DNA of 61,478 nucleotides, filler included, from Sphacelaria rigidula (lineage: Eukaryota), in NCBI GenBank assembly GCA_964200075.2. It is 10 parts of 10 records of this genome, joined end to end, with 100 filler letters (N's around TTAATTAATTAA, not from the genome) between each part and the next. Parts side by side here need not be neighbours in the genome. Positions count along the whole stretch, not along the records: positions 1 to 6,058 come from CAXNAA020022518.1; positions 6,159 to 12,216 come from CAXNAA020022519.1; positions 12,317 to 18,374 come from CAXNAA020022520.1; 7 more parts are not named here. One strand, written 5' to 3'. Each line of letters begins with the position of its first letter. Position 1 is the first letter of the stretch. Positions 1-12,488 of the stretch are shown here, piece by piece. The notes beneath the pieces are model-generated. The model worked only from the letters and a program-made list of their open reading frames with translations. It did not search any database and was not told the origin of the DNA. The position numbers and the translations under genes are program-made.

Positions 1-201
1 CGAGATCAAGTGCCTATATACCGCTTCTTCATTCCCGCCCACTACATACATGTTGACTGCACACTGCAAGCCATCGGCAGAGGGATGAGCAGAATTCATG
101 ACGGTAGCTCCTTTTGTCTTTCCACGGCCCACCTGGGTTTAGCGCCTCGTGAAAATGACCACGTTGTAGCATGTACACTCCTTCCCGGTTTCTCCGGTCG
201 A

Positions 202-506
202 CCCTGTGTTAGTGTAATTACTACGTTTTAGAATAAGATTGTGACCCAAAAAAGCCATCGGAAAACTCGGGAACACTGTACTTAGTGCAAGTAATATAAT
301 ATACCCACGTTCCAACCGCCCTGCACTTGGAAACCTGGGAAGGCTTATCCGGGCCAGGGATAGGGCCCCCACACGATCCTTGCAGTGGCATCACACTCGC
401 CAACGATCCCCGCGGTGGTCGTCCGGGTCTGGTTGATAAATTTCGCCTCGCCGTGATTGGGTAGGCCGCTCGAAGACTTATTTGTAATTTTTTCACTAAC
501 ACAGGG
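202..506. mobile_element. Non-autonomous TIR element with CCC...GGG termini, flanked by TCGA on both sides (piggyBac-like ends)
   Basis: TCGA|CCCTGTGTTAGTG at 198-214 and CACTAACACAGGG|TCGA at 494-510. A further TIR copy starts at 511, giving a perfect 30-bp palindrome at 494-523. Confidence 0.6.
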
Positions 507-530
507 TCGACCCTGTGTTAGTGGGGTTTC

Positions 531-627
531 GGTCCCAGAAAGGTCTCAAGTTTTTTTTTCGCACTCTGAACCCTTCCCCTCCCTCGGGACAAGTCTGTGG
601 TCTCAAGGAATCAACCCATCTCTCCCC
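531..627 (-). mobile_element. 5'-truncated copy (3' tail only) of SINE family B
   Basis: Matches the 3' ~90 bp of the copies at 5886-6058 and 9998-10290; ends in an A-run on the minus strand. Confidence 0.7.
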
Positions 628-2632
628 ACTACGGCACAAGTGTTCTCTTTCGATAGGGAGTCTTCACCTCCACCACCCTCCCGGTGTTGAAATATGACAG
701 GTGGGAGATGGACGCTGAAGCAAGCGAGGATATGATTATGTACTGCGCCGTCTTCGAGACTTCTCTGTACAAGGTAGGTACCATTTGCTGTAGTTGTGGT
801 GCTATGATGATAGCTTTCTGCACAGAGAATGTGTGGATCCGTTGCCTTGGCGATGGAGATTGACAGCGTGGTTTTTAAATTTGGCGGAGGGAAACGACAA
901 GAACTGACCAATGTTCGTGACGACCATTTGCACCCGTACCCGGTATGTAACACTATGCAACACCTCCTGTGTTTGTTGTTCGTGATTTGGTTTTCCATCT
1001 TCCATTGCATCTATTTCCGGGACGAACGGATGTTGCCGCACTCAATGAGAGGTCAACGATCTGATCCGAATGCCGGCGGAAGGTGGTCGCATTTCAGCAC
1101 CTCCCTGTTACCTTGAGTGTCTTGATGAGATCGCCGCACTGCAGATTATCGCTTTGCAGTGAAGAACGTGAGCAGTGGTTCGACTCGTACATTTCCACGG
1201 AACACGTCCATCCCGACAACACCATTACACTAGACGGAATACTTCGATCTGGTTCAAGATACAAATTGTTATCGTCGTGGGTTTCCGAAAATTCCAGCCT
1301 CTGACAAGAGATAGGCTTTCGACCGTAATAATAGTACCGTGATCTGTGGCGTTTGACTGCAGCAGCGGCAGCACCAACATCTTGTATTCTATGATATTTG
1401 GACACGATTCGAGATCGACACTCTTTTCCGAGTGTCAGATACTGTACGGCCTTATAAAACCATCGTCCTTGCGATTCCTACGCGCCTCTGCTTGCTCAAA
1501 CAATCGGGAAACTTGCAGACCGGCGGCATTTCCCCCGTCAAACTGGAGAAACTGTTTCCCGCAAGCACACCAAAACGTTCTACAGGCAAATAAATATGAC
1601 TTGACAACTAGAGTAGTATAATCCATCGCGAATCCATCACAAACACCCACCCCCATTGTTTCCTTGCCCTATTTTTTGTGCGTAGCTCGCGGTGTTGGGC
1701 GACATTTTTTTCGGAAAATGGTCGAGGCCCTGGTATAGATGGTGAAATGAAAAGTTATATACTTATTTCGACGCCCGAGAAACAATTTCCATTCCGGACG
1801 TTTCGTGCGCACCAAGTCATTTCCATGGTCAAGTCGTGCTACACTTTGTTTCATGAGCTCCAGTAACAGCCGAGAAACCAGTAAAACTTCTCCACGTCGG
1901 TTAAAAATGTATATTTTTGTTCACCACTCGGTGAAGTCGTGTTTCCTTGTTTCTGTCAATTGTGTTATGTTGGGTCTATCGTGGTTGTCTAAGTGGCCAT
2001 TTTCCCACTCGTTTGTTGCATGTTTTTCCCTTGTTCGAGGGAGGATAACGACCGCTAGTAGCCGTCATCCGTTGAAAAGTACTTCGAAGTATGACTTTAA
2101 TGAGTAATCACAGGCGTGTTTTTCATTTTTCACGTTGTCGTCGATTTCGATTTGCGCCATCTGCACCTGCGATCACTTTGCACCCACGTTTGTAGAACGA
2201 CGCACAACATTCAGCAATATTGTCTATCGACCAGTCCTAGTTACTTGTACCTCCGTCTAGGTTCCTGAAACGAGCAAATGTAGTAGATGATTTCGGTTTC
2301 AATAATTGCAACACCTCTGGTGCGCGATGGCCCCGCCCAATGCTGGTACCCATCCATCGCTTTGATTCCGGTATCTGCGCTATTCCGGAACTGGTAATCC
2401 GCCTGGGCGCGAACGACCAGGTGTGCCAAGTATCCATCGCTTACCTGGTGGGCAGGGCGTTGATCATGTTTCCGGTCCTGATGCACGTGTTCCCGAGGTG
2501 AGTGGCCCTATTTTGGCAGCTATTCTCCCGTCACCTCATCAATCGTAATCAGTGAGATCGGTCAGCAGAGCGATGTCGGCCTGAGAAGTCGAAATCGTAC
2601 GTTATCCCTACAGTACATGTTCGGACCCGCAT

Positions 2633-2688
2633 TGCAAGATGGGGTCTGCAAGATAGGGTCTGTAAGATAGGGTCTGTAAGATAGGGTC
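2633..2688 (+). repeat. 14-bp tandem repeat x4 (TGYAAGATRGGGTC)
   Basis: Four adjacent near-identical units. Confidence 0.9.
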
Positions 2689-3945
2689 ACTCCTAAAACA
2701 TCCACTGCCGAACATGAAGAAGTGAGAGACGTACGTGACTGGCAAATGCAGCGTGGAAGCCATGTATTTGCGCTCGCGTCACATTACCACGGTGCGCGAC
2801 GCACGAGTTTTTCGATTGCTGCGGCTACAGGCGCAGAGACGAAGCACCGTGTCATGGTGTCAAGACTTATTCCAAACTATAGAGGTTCTCCTGATTCTTC
2901 CATCGGGATAGGCATTCGATAGGGTACACACGGATCGTGGTAAGATTTAGGGCTAGAGCTGGGGCTCGAGGTAGAGGTGAAGCTAGGATAGACAATGATG
3001 GGTCAGTTGACCGGGACATGGGATTCAGAAAGTCATCAACCCTCTACAGAGCGCACGGCTGGCTGTGTGATGCATGCGGATGTGCGGATGCTGTCAGTTC
3101 TTGAGGGGGACACGATGAAACGTCAAACCATTGGTGACGTGGCGCATGCGGTGTTTTTCGACTGCCCAGGTGCAAGTACAGCCCGACGAAAATGTTCGAC
3201 CTCATGTACGGAAGAGAGGCAGAGGCAATACTGGCCAAGAAGTTGAAGATGGAGACCGATGCACCCACGCTCGACGGTGGGTAACGTTTCCCGTTGAACT
3301 CTCCCGTATGCGTAACGCCGTGACAAGTGCTACTGGTACATGGCTGGTAGAATATGTTCGCATCTCGCCCGATAATGAGGGTCATCGGACTCACTTGGGG
3401 TGCAAAGTGATGGTGAGGTAACACGGGGCCCCACCATAGTTTTCGGAGCGTCAATTTTTGGGTTGTTTATTCAAGAATCGATTTCATCGGTGGGTGACGG
3501 CCACCGCTGAAGCTGTCCGTGTTACACCCAAATACTTGGACCCATGCATCGAGTGAGTTCTGAAAATGGCAGGACAATGGAACAAACGAACTCGATGCAA
3601 AATGAACATGAAGGATCTGGACTCATATATGAAGAAAAGTCGGATTTTTCAGCGGAAATGGGCATTCTCGACGATGTTTGGCCGGAACTGAGGCACGTTC
3701 AACCAAGTACGATGCGAACTAGTGGAAGAAACGTGCGCCGGATGCTCGAAACGAAATTGCGACTAAGCCATCGCTCTGGCGTCGACGCAAGCCTATATTC
3801 TCACCATCTTACTGTAAGTAGCGCGTTCCTGGATTTTGTTTTTCGCGGCGAATGCGCTGTAACTTGGCGAGTCTCGTGACTTTTGTTACGCAATGTGTTG
3901 GGTATTAAACGTTTGGACAAGGGTGCCATACTGCCACATTTATTC

Positions 3946-4297
3946 CGGCTGCCCCAGTGGCTCGGTTGGTGACCTCGAAACCCTCTGACGGTTGGGTCGT
4001 GGGTTCGAATCTCGGAGCGATTTGGGATTTTTCTCACACAATGCCCAACAGTGGAGGGTGACTATGTCGTGGGTACACAAAATTCGACTTAATGGTCGAC
4101 GAGGCAAGAGGACTGCTGAACCCCTCTCCCGAGAAAAAATAGAGACAGGCACCGTAGAAGGAAGGTGGAGGACAAAAAACAGAAGAGAAAAAACTCCTGT
4201 TTAGGCCTTCCTCGTGTGTGACCCCAGCTGGTGCAGCCACCTATACCGAAAGGTGTAGACCGGCGTCCAGAATGGATAGGTCGACAACACACACACA
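3946..4297 (+). mobile_element. tRNA-derived SINE, family A
   Basis: A box TGGCTCGGTTGG (3958-3969), B box GGTTCGAATCT (4002-4012), non-tRNA body, 3' hairpin TATACC-GAAA-GGTGTA and (CA)n tail. Homologous copies at 39577-39921 and 53930-54241. Confidence 0.85.
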
Positions 4298-5135
4298 TTT
4301 CAAAACGACATACAGTAGTTGATCTGGAAGTGTATTCTATCCATCTGACCCTTCACTGTTGCAGCAGGCACAATTTCACCGATGTCAGCTTCACACGTCG
4401 ACATCTCGCGAATGATTGCGTTTTCTTGTTTTCGGACGTACACAACGTTACCTTTTTCCGACTTCCCAACACAAGTGGCCGCGTGCTTGATCGAAACATA
4501 CGATTCTAGACAAAATCCGCAAACGCGGACACCGTGTTCGACTGCTCTTTTTTATTTATCGGCCACTTCACACAAAACGTTTGAAGTAAGCCGTACAGTA
4601 TCGAACCGCTGCAAGCCTGAGCTCTTCCAAGTATACCAACCATGGCTTCATTGCCACTTTCATCGTGAGAGTCTCATGATGTGTCTCCAAATGTATTGTT
4701 TGTGGTGTTCGAATGAGGCGTGGTTACAAGAGAACAGAGGGGAACAACGAAGTGTTATCGCTAAGCATGCATGTGTATCATGTGTATTTATCAAGTCCTC
4801 TAGTGATCCAGTCATTCCGAATCCCAATGTGCTGAAGCCAACTGACATTGCAAATCAACGTTACGTTCACAAAAGTTTAACACATAACAAAACCTTACAT
4901 TCTTTCTGATCGAAAGTCGCTTTGTCGCGTGGGTTGGCGTCAGTACATGGGGTTTGGAACCATTAGATCACTAATGTCTGTATACGGGAAACAAAACACT
5001 GAGGTGGGGATGTATGTTTGAGCAACTCTCTATTTATTTGTTCTTGAAATAATTACCTCGAGTTTATTCGAACCGCCATCGTAGACCGCGTTGTTTTCTC
5101 TGGCTGGTCAGGTAGCGGACGAGCGGTTGCCCCCC

Positions 5136-5137
<2 letters not shown>

Positions 5138-5185
<48 letters not shown>
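5138..5185 (+). repeat. (CA)n microsatellite
   Basis: Uninterrupted AC run. Confidence 0.95.
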
Positions 5186-5189
<4 letters not shown>

Positions 5190-5885
5190 CCGCCCAACCC
5201 GCCCCGAAGATCCCAAAAACGTGCTGGAGTTTGTGAAGATCATCGCAACCGCGTCGTTACTTGATGTTGAAGACGTGGGCAGGTATTTTGTCGTCGAAAA
5301 TGCCAACCAGGCAACAAGACAGCAGACTGACCGATGGCCAACTTTCAACTTGACGGCACCCGCGCGGCACGGTGATGATGTTACTGATTGTTGCAGGCAG
5401 GGGTGACACGGTGGAGGATGTGTGCTTCAGGATCAAGCTAAGGGCGAATATTGCTCAAGTTGCTTTGTTGAAGATGATGCTGCTCGACCGCGTGTTCGAC
5501 TTTAATCTCTCAGCCGGGTGAGAGAGACACATGCGTTTTGATCTACCAAGTCCGAACGCCTTGTTTGGTATCCCGTCAGAGTAATCGGTCGCCTTTCTGT
5601 CGGAATTTAGTTTGCTATTATGTGTTGTCCCCGAGTATGAAAAATGTCCAACGGCATGCTCTCTCACTTCACGTCTATTTTTGCCCTTGTGTATGCATCA
5701 ACTTCTCGCTATGGAAAGACATTACGAAATTTCATTTCCTCGAGAATGAGTCTTTATTTACTAGGCGCTAGTTAGCAGGACTGACGCTAAACACCGTTTT
5801 CTATTCCTTGTTCGTTTTTTTGCATCGTGTAGTCAGCTTACCCCCTTCGCATTGACCATAATCCCCCTTCGTGGCGATGCTCTTC

Positions 5886-6058
5886 TTTTTTTGTCACACT
5901 TTGAACCCCTCCCCTTCCTCGGGACGAGTCCATGGTCTCAAGGGATCAACCCATCTCTCTCCCGGTACGCGCCTTTCATTTCGGTCTCGCGCATCGGGTC
6001 AGCATTCCCGCACCGCGTCAACTCACGCCACACAAATCCAGTCGACTACTTTGTTTAC
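5886..6058 (-). mobile_element. SINE family B copy, truncated by contig end
   Basis: Colinear with 9998-10160. Confidence 0.8.
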
Positions 6059-6158
6059 NNNNNNNNNNNNNNNNNNNNNNNNNNNNNNNNNNNNNNNNNN
6101 NNTTAATTAATTAANNNNNNNNNNNNNNNNNNNNNNNNNNNNNNNNNNNNNNNNNNNN
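6059..6158. other. Artificial contig spacer (44 N + TTAATTAATTAA + 44 N); identical spacers at 12217-12316, 18375-18474, 24533-24632, 30691-30790, 36849-36948, 43007-43106, 49165-49264, 55322-55421
   Basis: Identical 100-bp block with stop codons in all six frames, separating segments of 6058/6057 bp. Confidence 0.97.
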
Positions 6159-6378
6159 GATCTGATTTGCTCACAGCTAGCCGAAAAACATTGCCCAACG
6201 GACTGGGGTCCGAAAAAACAATCCACGGGAGAAAATCGCCTGTAGATGGGCTGGAATCCTCATATTTGTAAAAATCGGGACTCATTGCCATAAAAGTGGG
6301 TCTTAGTTGTAAACAAATATTACAGTGCGTTTGAATCCAACAACCGTGTCGCTCGGATATGTGTACCAAAAAAACATA

Positions 6379-8183
6379 CAGGCTAGGCCAGCCGACAGTG
6401 ATTTTTGAACGTATTTTGGCGATGCTGTGGGTAATTCGAAGAGTTGGGCGCTGAACTTTTGACACAACATTTTTTATCCTCATCACTACGCACAACATTT
6501 CTCGAGGTGCATTGGAAAAAACAAAAAAAACAGGAAGCTAGAGCGATTTGAAGTTTCTGCAAAAACTAGAAAAATGCTTCAACTCCGTGAAAAAGAAAAG
6601 AAATACGGATGCACCTCCAGAAATGTTGTGCGTAGTGATGATAAAACTGTTGTGTCAAAATGTCAGCGCCCAACTCTGTGAATTACCCACAGCATCCGGT
6701 TTTTCGTGTGGCACCCGGTGGTCCAACTGATAGAACCGCCACTTATTACAGAGGTCACGAGTTCGAATCCCGACACGATCATATTTGTTTCGCGCATAAT
6801 CTGGCATAGCGTCTTGCATCTGGGGGGTGTACAGCGCGGTTCGAGGTAGTACCCCTCCTTCTTACGGTGGTAAATGACCGTCGGCTGGGAGGTTCTCTCC
6901 CATGATGGAGTTGTTGACAACCTTGATGCCATCTTGCAGCACTACTCGTATCAGTTTGCTTTTGCCTGCGCATATTAGGCTTTTGCTTCTTATGCACGCA
7001 TATAATTTCGCATTAAACGGGGTTTTGCGCATAAGTATATGCGTTTTTCAAAAACATGTGTTTTTGGAGATTTCAGCATAACAAAGGCATAAAAGCTACG
7101 TTTTACGCATAACTTGACGCTTTCAGTGCTCCAACGGGATTATGCACCCCATGGTCAGCAGCTAGTACCTGCCCATGGGTGCTCCATGTGGTGTGGTTCG
7201 TGGAGTCGTGGCGTTTGTGTTCGTAATTTCTGTTTTCAAACTTTGTTGCGGGTCTGATACCGGTTTTGGTTCTGTATGTGAGCTACTCTACGTTCATGTG
7301 AAATTGATGACAAAATAAGTGTGTCATTTTTCACATCAAACAGCGGCTCCCGAAACAACGTCACACGCCAGTCCAATCCACAACTGAACAGTGTACAGCG
7401 CACAGAACACACTGCACCGACAGTACAGCAGTGAGCACTACACTACTCTGGCAGAGCAGAAAGAGATCGAGGTGACCGAGGTGCGGACTCCGGCACCCCA
7501 ACAGCGCGGCGCGAAGGAGACCGCTGAGGAGCAGGGGGCGAGAGAAAAAGCACAGTTTTTTCAATTATTTTTCATTATTTTATTTTTCTTACTTTTTTTT
7601 TCATTAATTTTTTCGTTATGACCTTCAAAACCAATGAAAGAAGAAATAAACGAGCGAGACTTCCTTCCAAGCAATCGTGAAATCTCGAAATGTTCAAGGT
7701 GCAGTCTTGTTTTCTTGCTGAAGATACGTTCCATGGGCGGTGCCGCCAGGAACCCGCCGAGAACCACCTCAAGAACAACGCGAAAAAGGCGAATAAGTCG
7801 CGCATACTTCACCAAAATAAGCATAAATCAGGGCATAATGTTCGCTTTTGAACATGAAAAGAAAAAACGCGCATGAGAAGCAAAAGCCTAGCGCATATCG
7901 TGTGTTCGTGTGCCTGTGCGGCCCAACTGTCTATCGGAATTCCACCGCATCTCGTGAAACGAAACGTAATCAGACACGCTGTCACACGACGACACGAGAC
8001 GTTCCCGGTACTCAGTGCAGTACAACATCATCGCTAAAACTTCGCCAATCGACCAACGGCGGTGTCGTGCATTACCAGGTTGGTCTGCAGTTCACAGCGA
8101 TATGCTCGAGTGGAGCTGCTTTGGTAAACTTGAGGAGTTATGGTTGGAGACGCAAATGCAGGGTGTACTGCTGCCCCAGCTCG
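6379..8183 (+). mobile_element. Long or composite member of the Tc1/mariner-like MITE family with TIR CGAGCTGGGCCAGC; contains an internal foldback (arms 6421-6512 and 6609-6696)
   Basis: TA|CAGGCTAGGCCAGC left end and GCTGCCCCAGCTCG|TA right end. Both subterminal regions match the copies at 41558, 51100 and 57265. Could be two partial copies. Confidence 0.55.
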
Positions 8184-8410
8184 TACGCATTTCCCAAGTT
8201 TTGAAATCTTGCACGGTCCTCATACCCCACAAACCCCACAAAAACACACCCACCAACCCACCCACACAAACAAAAGGACAGCTGCAGATTCTTATGCGCA
8301 CGATGTCGAGTTGCCCACAGGCGTGCGGTTTGCCGCCACACCATTGTCGCTAGAGCTCGGAAATAGTACCAGTTATAACTGGCCGTTATCGTGATAATGG
8401 TGATATATAA

Positions 8411-8896
8411 GGCCGGATGTTGTGGCACACAGATTTTTGGCCCACGGATTGTTGACTTTTGGGACGCTTGACCCACTTTTGGACCCCAAAACAGGGAAAA
8501 CCGCCAACACACGTTTCGGACACTTTGCATCACCCCACAGAGAGGAAGGAGCCTAGCCTACTTTTCAGATTCGCTTGACTCCGAGGTTTCGAGAGATTGG
8601 CCGCTGAACAATAATTTGTGCGCAATAATCTGTGCTTGCCAACATACGGTAGTTTGCTCAATCATCGGTAGAGATCGCCGTAGATTTCATTGCACAGATT
8701 ATCGTTCAGCGGCCACTCTTGAAACCTCGGAGCCAAGCGATTGTCGAATGTGGGCTAGGTTCCTCTCTGTGGGGTGATGCATAGTGTTCAAGACGTGTGT
8801 CGGCGATTTCCTCTGTTTGGGGGTCAAAAAGTGGGTCAAACGTCCCAAAAGTCAACAATCCGTGGGCCATTAGTCTCTGTGCCATAACATCCGGCC
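8411..8896. mobile_element. PIF/Harbinger (Tourist-like) foldback MITE
   Basis: TAA|GGCCGGATGTTGTGGC ... GCCATAACATCCGGCC|TAA; near-palindromic over about 210 bp per arm. Second copy starts at 61412. Confidence 0.9.
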
Positions 8897-9711
8897 TAAT
8901 AATGGTAATGGTTATACGAAAAAATTGGATAATGGTGTCGAACCATTATTTACCGTTGCCGGATTTATAAGTCGTTACCGGCTACGTATGCAACATACAG
9001 CCCTTGAAAATTGGCCCAACTGTAACGTATTTTTAGCTCTCGTGAAGCCAAATCGCGTAAAAAAGTATCTCCGGCATAGCGTCTCCAGCGGGGCCCCCTC
9101 TGCCGGGAGGGGGGGCTTTTTGGCTCGCGGCTGCGCCGCTCGATGACCAAACCATTGTGTAACAGTTAACTGGTTAATGAGTGCGCTACGCGTAACCGTT
9201 CAACTGGTTGATGGTTAGACAAATCCTTTCCAAGCTTTAGTGGTCGCAATGCGGGGCAGAACAGCCAAGCGAAAACAGTAGTACAGACAGACAGCAGTGT
9301 CTCATCTTTACATGAAAATGCCACACGAGATTGGCGAGGTCTCGTGTCAAAGCATTCCTTGCGATGTCCAACGTCAATGCCAAGAGCATGGATTTGTTCC
9401 CTCCCGCCTGCAACGAACCCCACACGGAAAACACACACACACACACACACATTTAGCGTTTGGGAGTACGACATACTTTCAATTTCAAATGTTTTGAAGC
9501 GGTGCTCATACGTACTTATTCCGTTTTTGCTCTACGAGTAGGGCAGCATATGATCCCTCACCTGAGACTTTACAGGCGTGCCTGAAAGGATAATGCCGAT
9601 ATCGAGACTGGCGCTACCACTTAATCCAAGTATTCTATCCTGAGTTATCCCACATTATGGGCAACTACTATGAGCGTTGAATCAACAACTCCTCGTCGCT
9701 TCTTGAGTCGA

Positions 9712-9815
9712 CCCTTTGACCGCAAGGGTAGGTCACCTGTTGAATCAGCATCAATATTCACTTTAACAAAAAGTATGCATGATCCAGATGAGCTACCCGC
9801 ACCGCGGTCTAAGGG
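9712..9815. mobile_element. piggyBac-like MITE (~104 bp)
   Basis: CCCTTTGACCGC ... GCGGTCTAAGGG|TTAA; inverted homologous copy at 48710-48811. Confidence 0.75.
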
Positions 9816-9997
9816 TTAACTGGTAGCAAGATCACATAAATTGGTGATTTTTCGTACAATATACAAAGAAGGTAGATGCACCCGGTGATGATTGTGAACA
9901 AACTGTTATTGTTCCTGTTTCTCGTCTATTCAACATCTTGGAGAACGCACACATCTATATAGCGTTTTGGACTAGTGCATGGCATCTTCTTTTCCCT

Positions 9998-10290
9998 CGC
10001 ACTTCGAACCCCTTCCCTTCCTCGGGATGAATCCGTGGTCACAAGGGATCAACCCATCTCTTCCCCGGTATGCACTTTTCATTTCGGTCTCGCAGATTAG
10101 ATCAGCACTCCCGCACCGCGTTAACTCACGTCACACAAACGCAGTTGACTACTTTGTTTACTTACGTTCTCACACTTTCCACGGTGGAAATCACACATTA
10201 GGAAGAAAAACTCCAACGCATCGGGAATCGAACCCCCGTTATCTCCACCCTGATGACGACAGTCGGACCATTACACCACCGGGGCGCGGC
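9998..10290 (-). mobile_element. tRNA-derived SINE, family B (near full length)
   Basis: Minus-strand A box TGGTGTAATGG (10268-10278) and B box GGTTCGATTCC (10224-10234), then a body shared with 5886-6058 and 531-627. Confidence 0.85.
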
Positions 10291-10859
10291 ATGGCATGTA
10301 CGAACGTTTTCAAAATATTTGTTCCAAGACGGTGTACGAGGGTTTCACGGCAACGAATCTCCATTTTGTTTCCAGTACTGTACTGTAGAGTTTACCAGCG
10401 TTGGGTTACAAATGTCCATAGTTGATATTACTTGGTTTAAGTGTGTGCAGCGAGGATCAGATATTTAATAGCACGGATTCGCGAGATCGGACTAGTGTGC
10501 GGAAGTAATGATAATAATAATAAATAAAGTAGGGCTGACAGTCCTGTGGGCTCCTCGCGTGCGCATTGACGCGTTTTGGTTGAAATCGGCGCCACAGGCG
10601 CCGATTTGGGGTCCAAAGAGGCTGCACTTTGCATAGAGAATCTACGTACCGTCCTTGCCCGAGGGTTCTCGGTATGCGTTGGGGTTGGGGTTGGGGTTAG
10701 GGTTAGGGGTAGCGATACTTGTAAAAATATGTCAACCATGGACATTTGTAGCCCAACGCCGGTAAGCAATCCTTTTTTTTTTTAGACAGGTTCGCAAACT
10801 CAAAATCAGGAGGACCGTTTTACGGTATCATTTATCATCACAGATTTGTGAAACACTCC

Positions 10860-11200
10860 TGTACACAGTCATTTTCTGCATCAGTGTGATATCACCTACT
10901 CGTGCATGAAGCCGAAGAGCAGGCGGGCGGTGTATGATCCTTCGAGTACAGTCTCGTACAGTGGTACCCTAGGGGTAATATAGTGCAGGGCACTCCATCA
11001 TTACAGTACATTATAATGTATAATGCCATGTGGCAATACACGATGGCACAGTCGATATTGCGAGAACAGTGAACAAACAGTGCGCGAGAATAGTTCAGTA
11101 GTACAGTGCCATACCCCATCCATCAAGTACAGCGACAACAGACTAGGATACCGTGGTACACTGCCGTTCGTGATAGTGATACATATGGCAGCGCAGTGCA
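10860..11200 (-). repeat. Interspersed repeat family E (same family as 50780-53720 and 33470-33555)
   Basis: Reverse complement matches ...GCACACTGTGCACTGTTCTCGCAATA... and the TAGGGTACCAC...GCCTGYTCTTCGRCTTCA tail. Confidence 0.7.
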
Positions 11201-11348
11201 GCAAAAATATCACCATCGCCGCAGGGTACGGCGGCAACACTTGCGACCCGCTTGTCAAACCCCGTGCAAAGCTGCTTCAGCAGCTGGCGCGGGCAGGCAC
11301 GCTCTACGTTGTCACGAGCCTGTCTTCTACTGCGGTTGCAAACATATC

Positions 11349-11699
11349 AAAACGCCTCGTACCCCACCATTGTACGCCACCTCCTCAAATTTGGGGGGAC
11401 CTCATCTTCCCCCCCCCCCCCCTCTTTTTCCAACACTGGGGGAAAAGACTTTTGTCGCTCGCGACCACCAGTTTTTCTCTACCCNNNNNNNNNNCCCCTC
11501 AAATTTGGGGGGACCTCATCTCCCCCCCCCCCCCTGTTTTTTCGGAAAATCGGGGGAAACAGTTCTGAGATCGTGACACCCCGATTTTCCCTCCCCCGAT
11601 TTGGTCCACATAGGTGTCAATGAATAAAATTCCCTGATTTTTTTCCCCCTGATGCTCGAAAAGCTCGAGTTTAGTGACTGCCATAAAACATAGTCTTAG
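11349..11699 (+). repeat. Interspersed repeat family G (begins AAACGCCTCGTAC, ends GCCATAAAA...GTCTTAG); other copies at 43107-43361, ~6160-6307, ~53770-53856
   Basis: Shared internal block GGGGGAAACWGTTCYGAGATCGTGAC and shared terminal motif. Confidence 0.65.
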
Positions 11700-12316
11700 C
11701 GTTCGAGCCTTGACTTGAAATTTTGGACATATCTTCGGAAAAGAGGTCAGCACAACATCAGTACAGTATCGGGGCCGTGAATGACGTCACCAGCTATTAA
11801 CAGTCGGGTTCTGTATTTTCGAGTAGTTTAGTCTTGGAAAAATAATCTGATATGGCTTCACTCCTCTCTTTTCCGAATAATTTGAAATTAGAGACCTCAA
11901 TTGTTCATACGAGGTGTCTGGTACCCGACGTTCCATCCACCGTACCCACACATACCTGTTTGCCCCGCATGCCACACGTCATGTCGATGTCAACCATTAG
12001 GCGGCGAGAATACGTCATCCGTTGAATCGGCATCAAATTCACTAAGAGTATGGATGGCAGGGTTGCATATCGGACCGGGAACAAAGTTCGATAGATATTA
12101 TTAGAATATCGATCCACAAACTCTCTTAATGCGAGTGCCGAGGCAAGCACCAAAGAAGGGGCAGTCACCAACACCACCTCCCCCACCGCTGATCATCGAA
12201 GCATCGGGCCAGAAATNNNNNNNNNNNNNNNNNNNNNNNNNNNNNNNNNNNNNNNNNNNNTTAATTAATTAANNNNNNNNNNNNNNNNNNNNNNNNNNNN
12301 NNNNNNNNNNNNNNNN

Positions 12317-12488
12317 TTTGGCGAGTCGCATGAAGGGTGAGCTGCATTCTGCTAAGATTATTCGGCCCGAAGCCCACTGATTGTCTCGCATTTGGATGAC
12401 AGCCTCCAATGAGTTGCATTGTTTTGTGGTATCGCCACTTCCAGAGACAGCCGCGGCTTATATACTGCCTCATGGGTGCCTCACCATT
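12317..12488 (-). mobile_element. Family F non-autonomous element, 5' half (cut by contig start)
   Basis: Colinear with 55887-56045. Confidence 0.8.

Noticed and set aside
3946..4025. Functional tRNA genes at SINE heads (also 10215-10290, 39577-39655, 54165-54241)
   Set aside because: A/B boxes are present, but no convincing acceptor stem or cloverleaf, and each runs into a shared repeat body.
6103..6114. Regularly spaced TTAATTAATTAA motif as a biological repeat or array
   Set aside because: Always centred in 44+44 Ns; it is an assembly linker.
10240..10275. Hammerhead or HDV-like ribozymes at CTGATGA sites and in SINE bodies
   Set aside because: I could not find the paired GAAA core or a complete nested pseudoknot by eye.
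10679..10709. True telomere
   Set aside because: Short, degenerate and internal to a contig.
11381..11600. Tandem duplication around the 10-N gap
   Set aside because: Near-duplicate sequence on both sides of a scaffold gap in poly(C) may be a gap-filling or paralogue-merging artefact.
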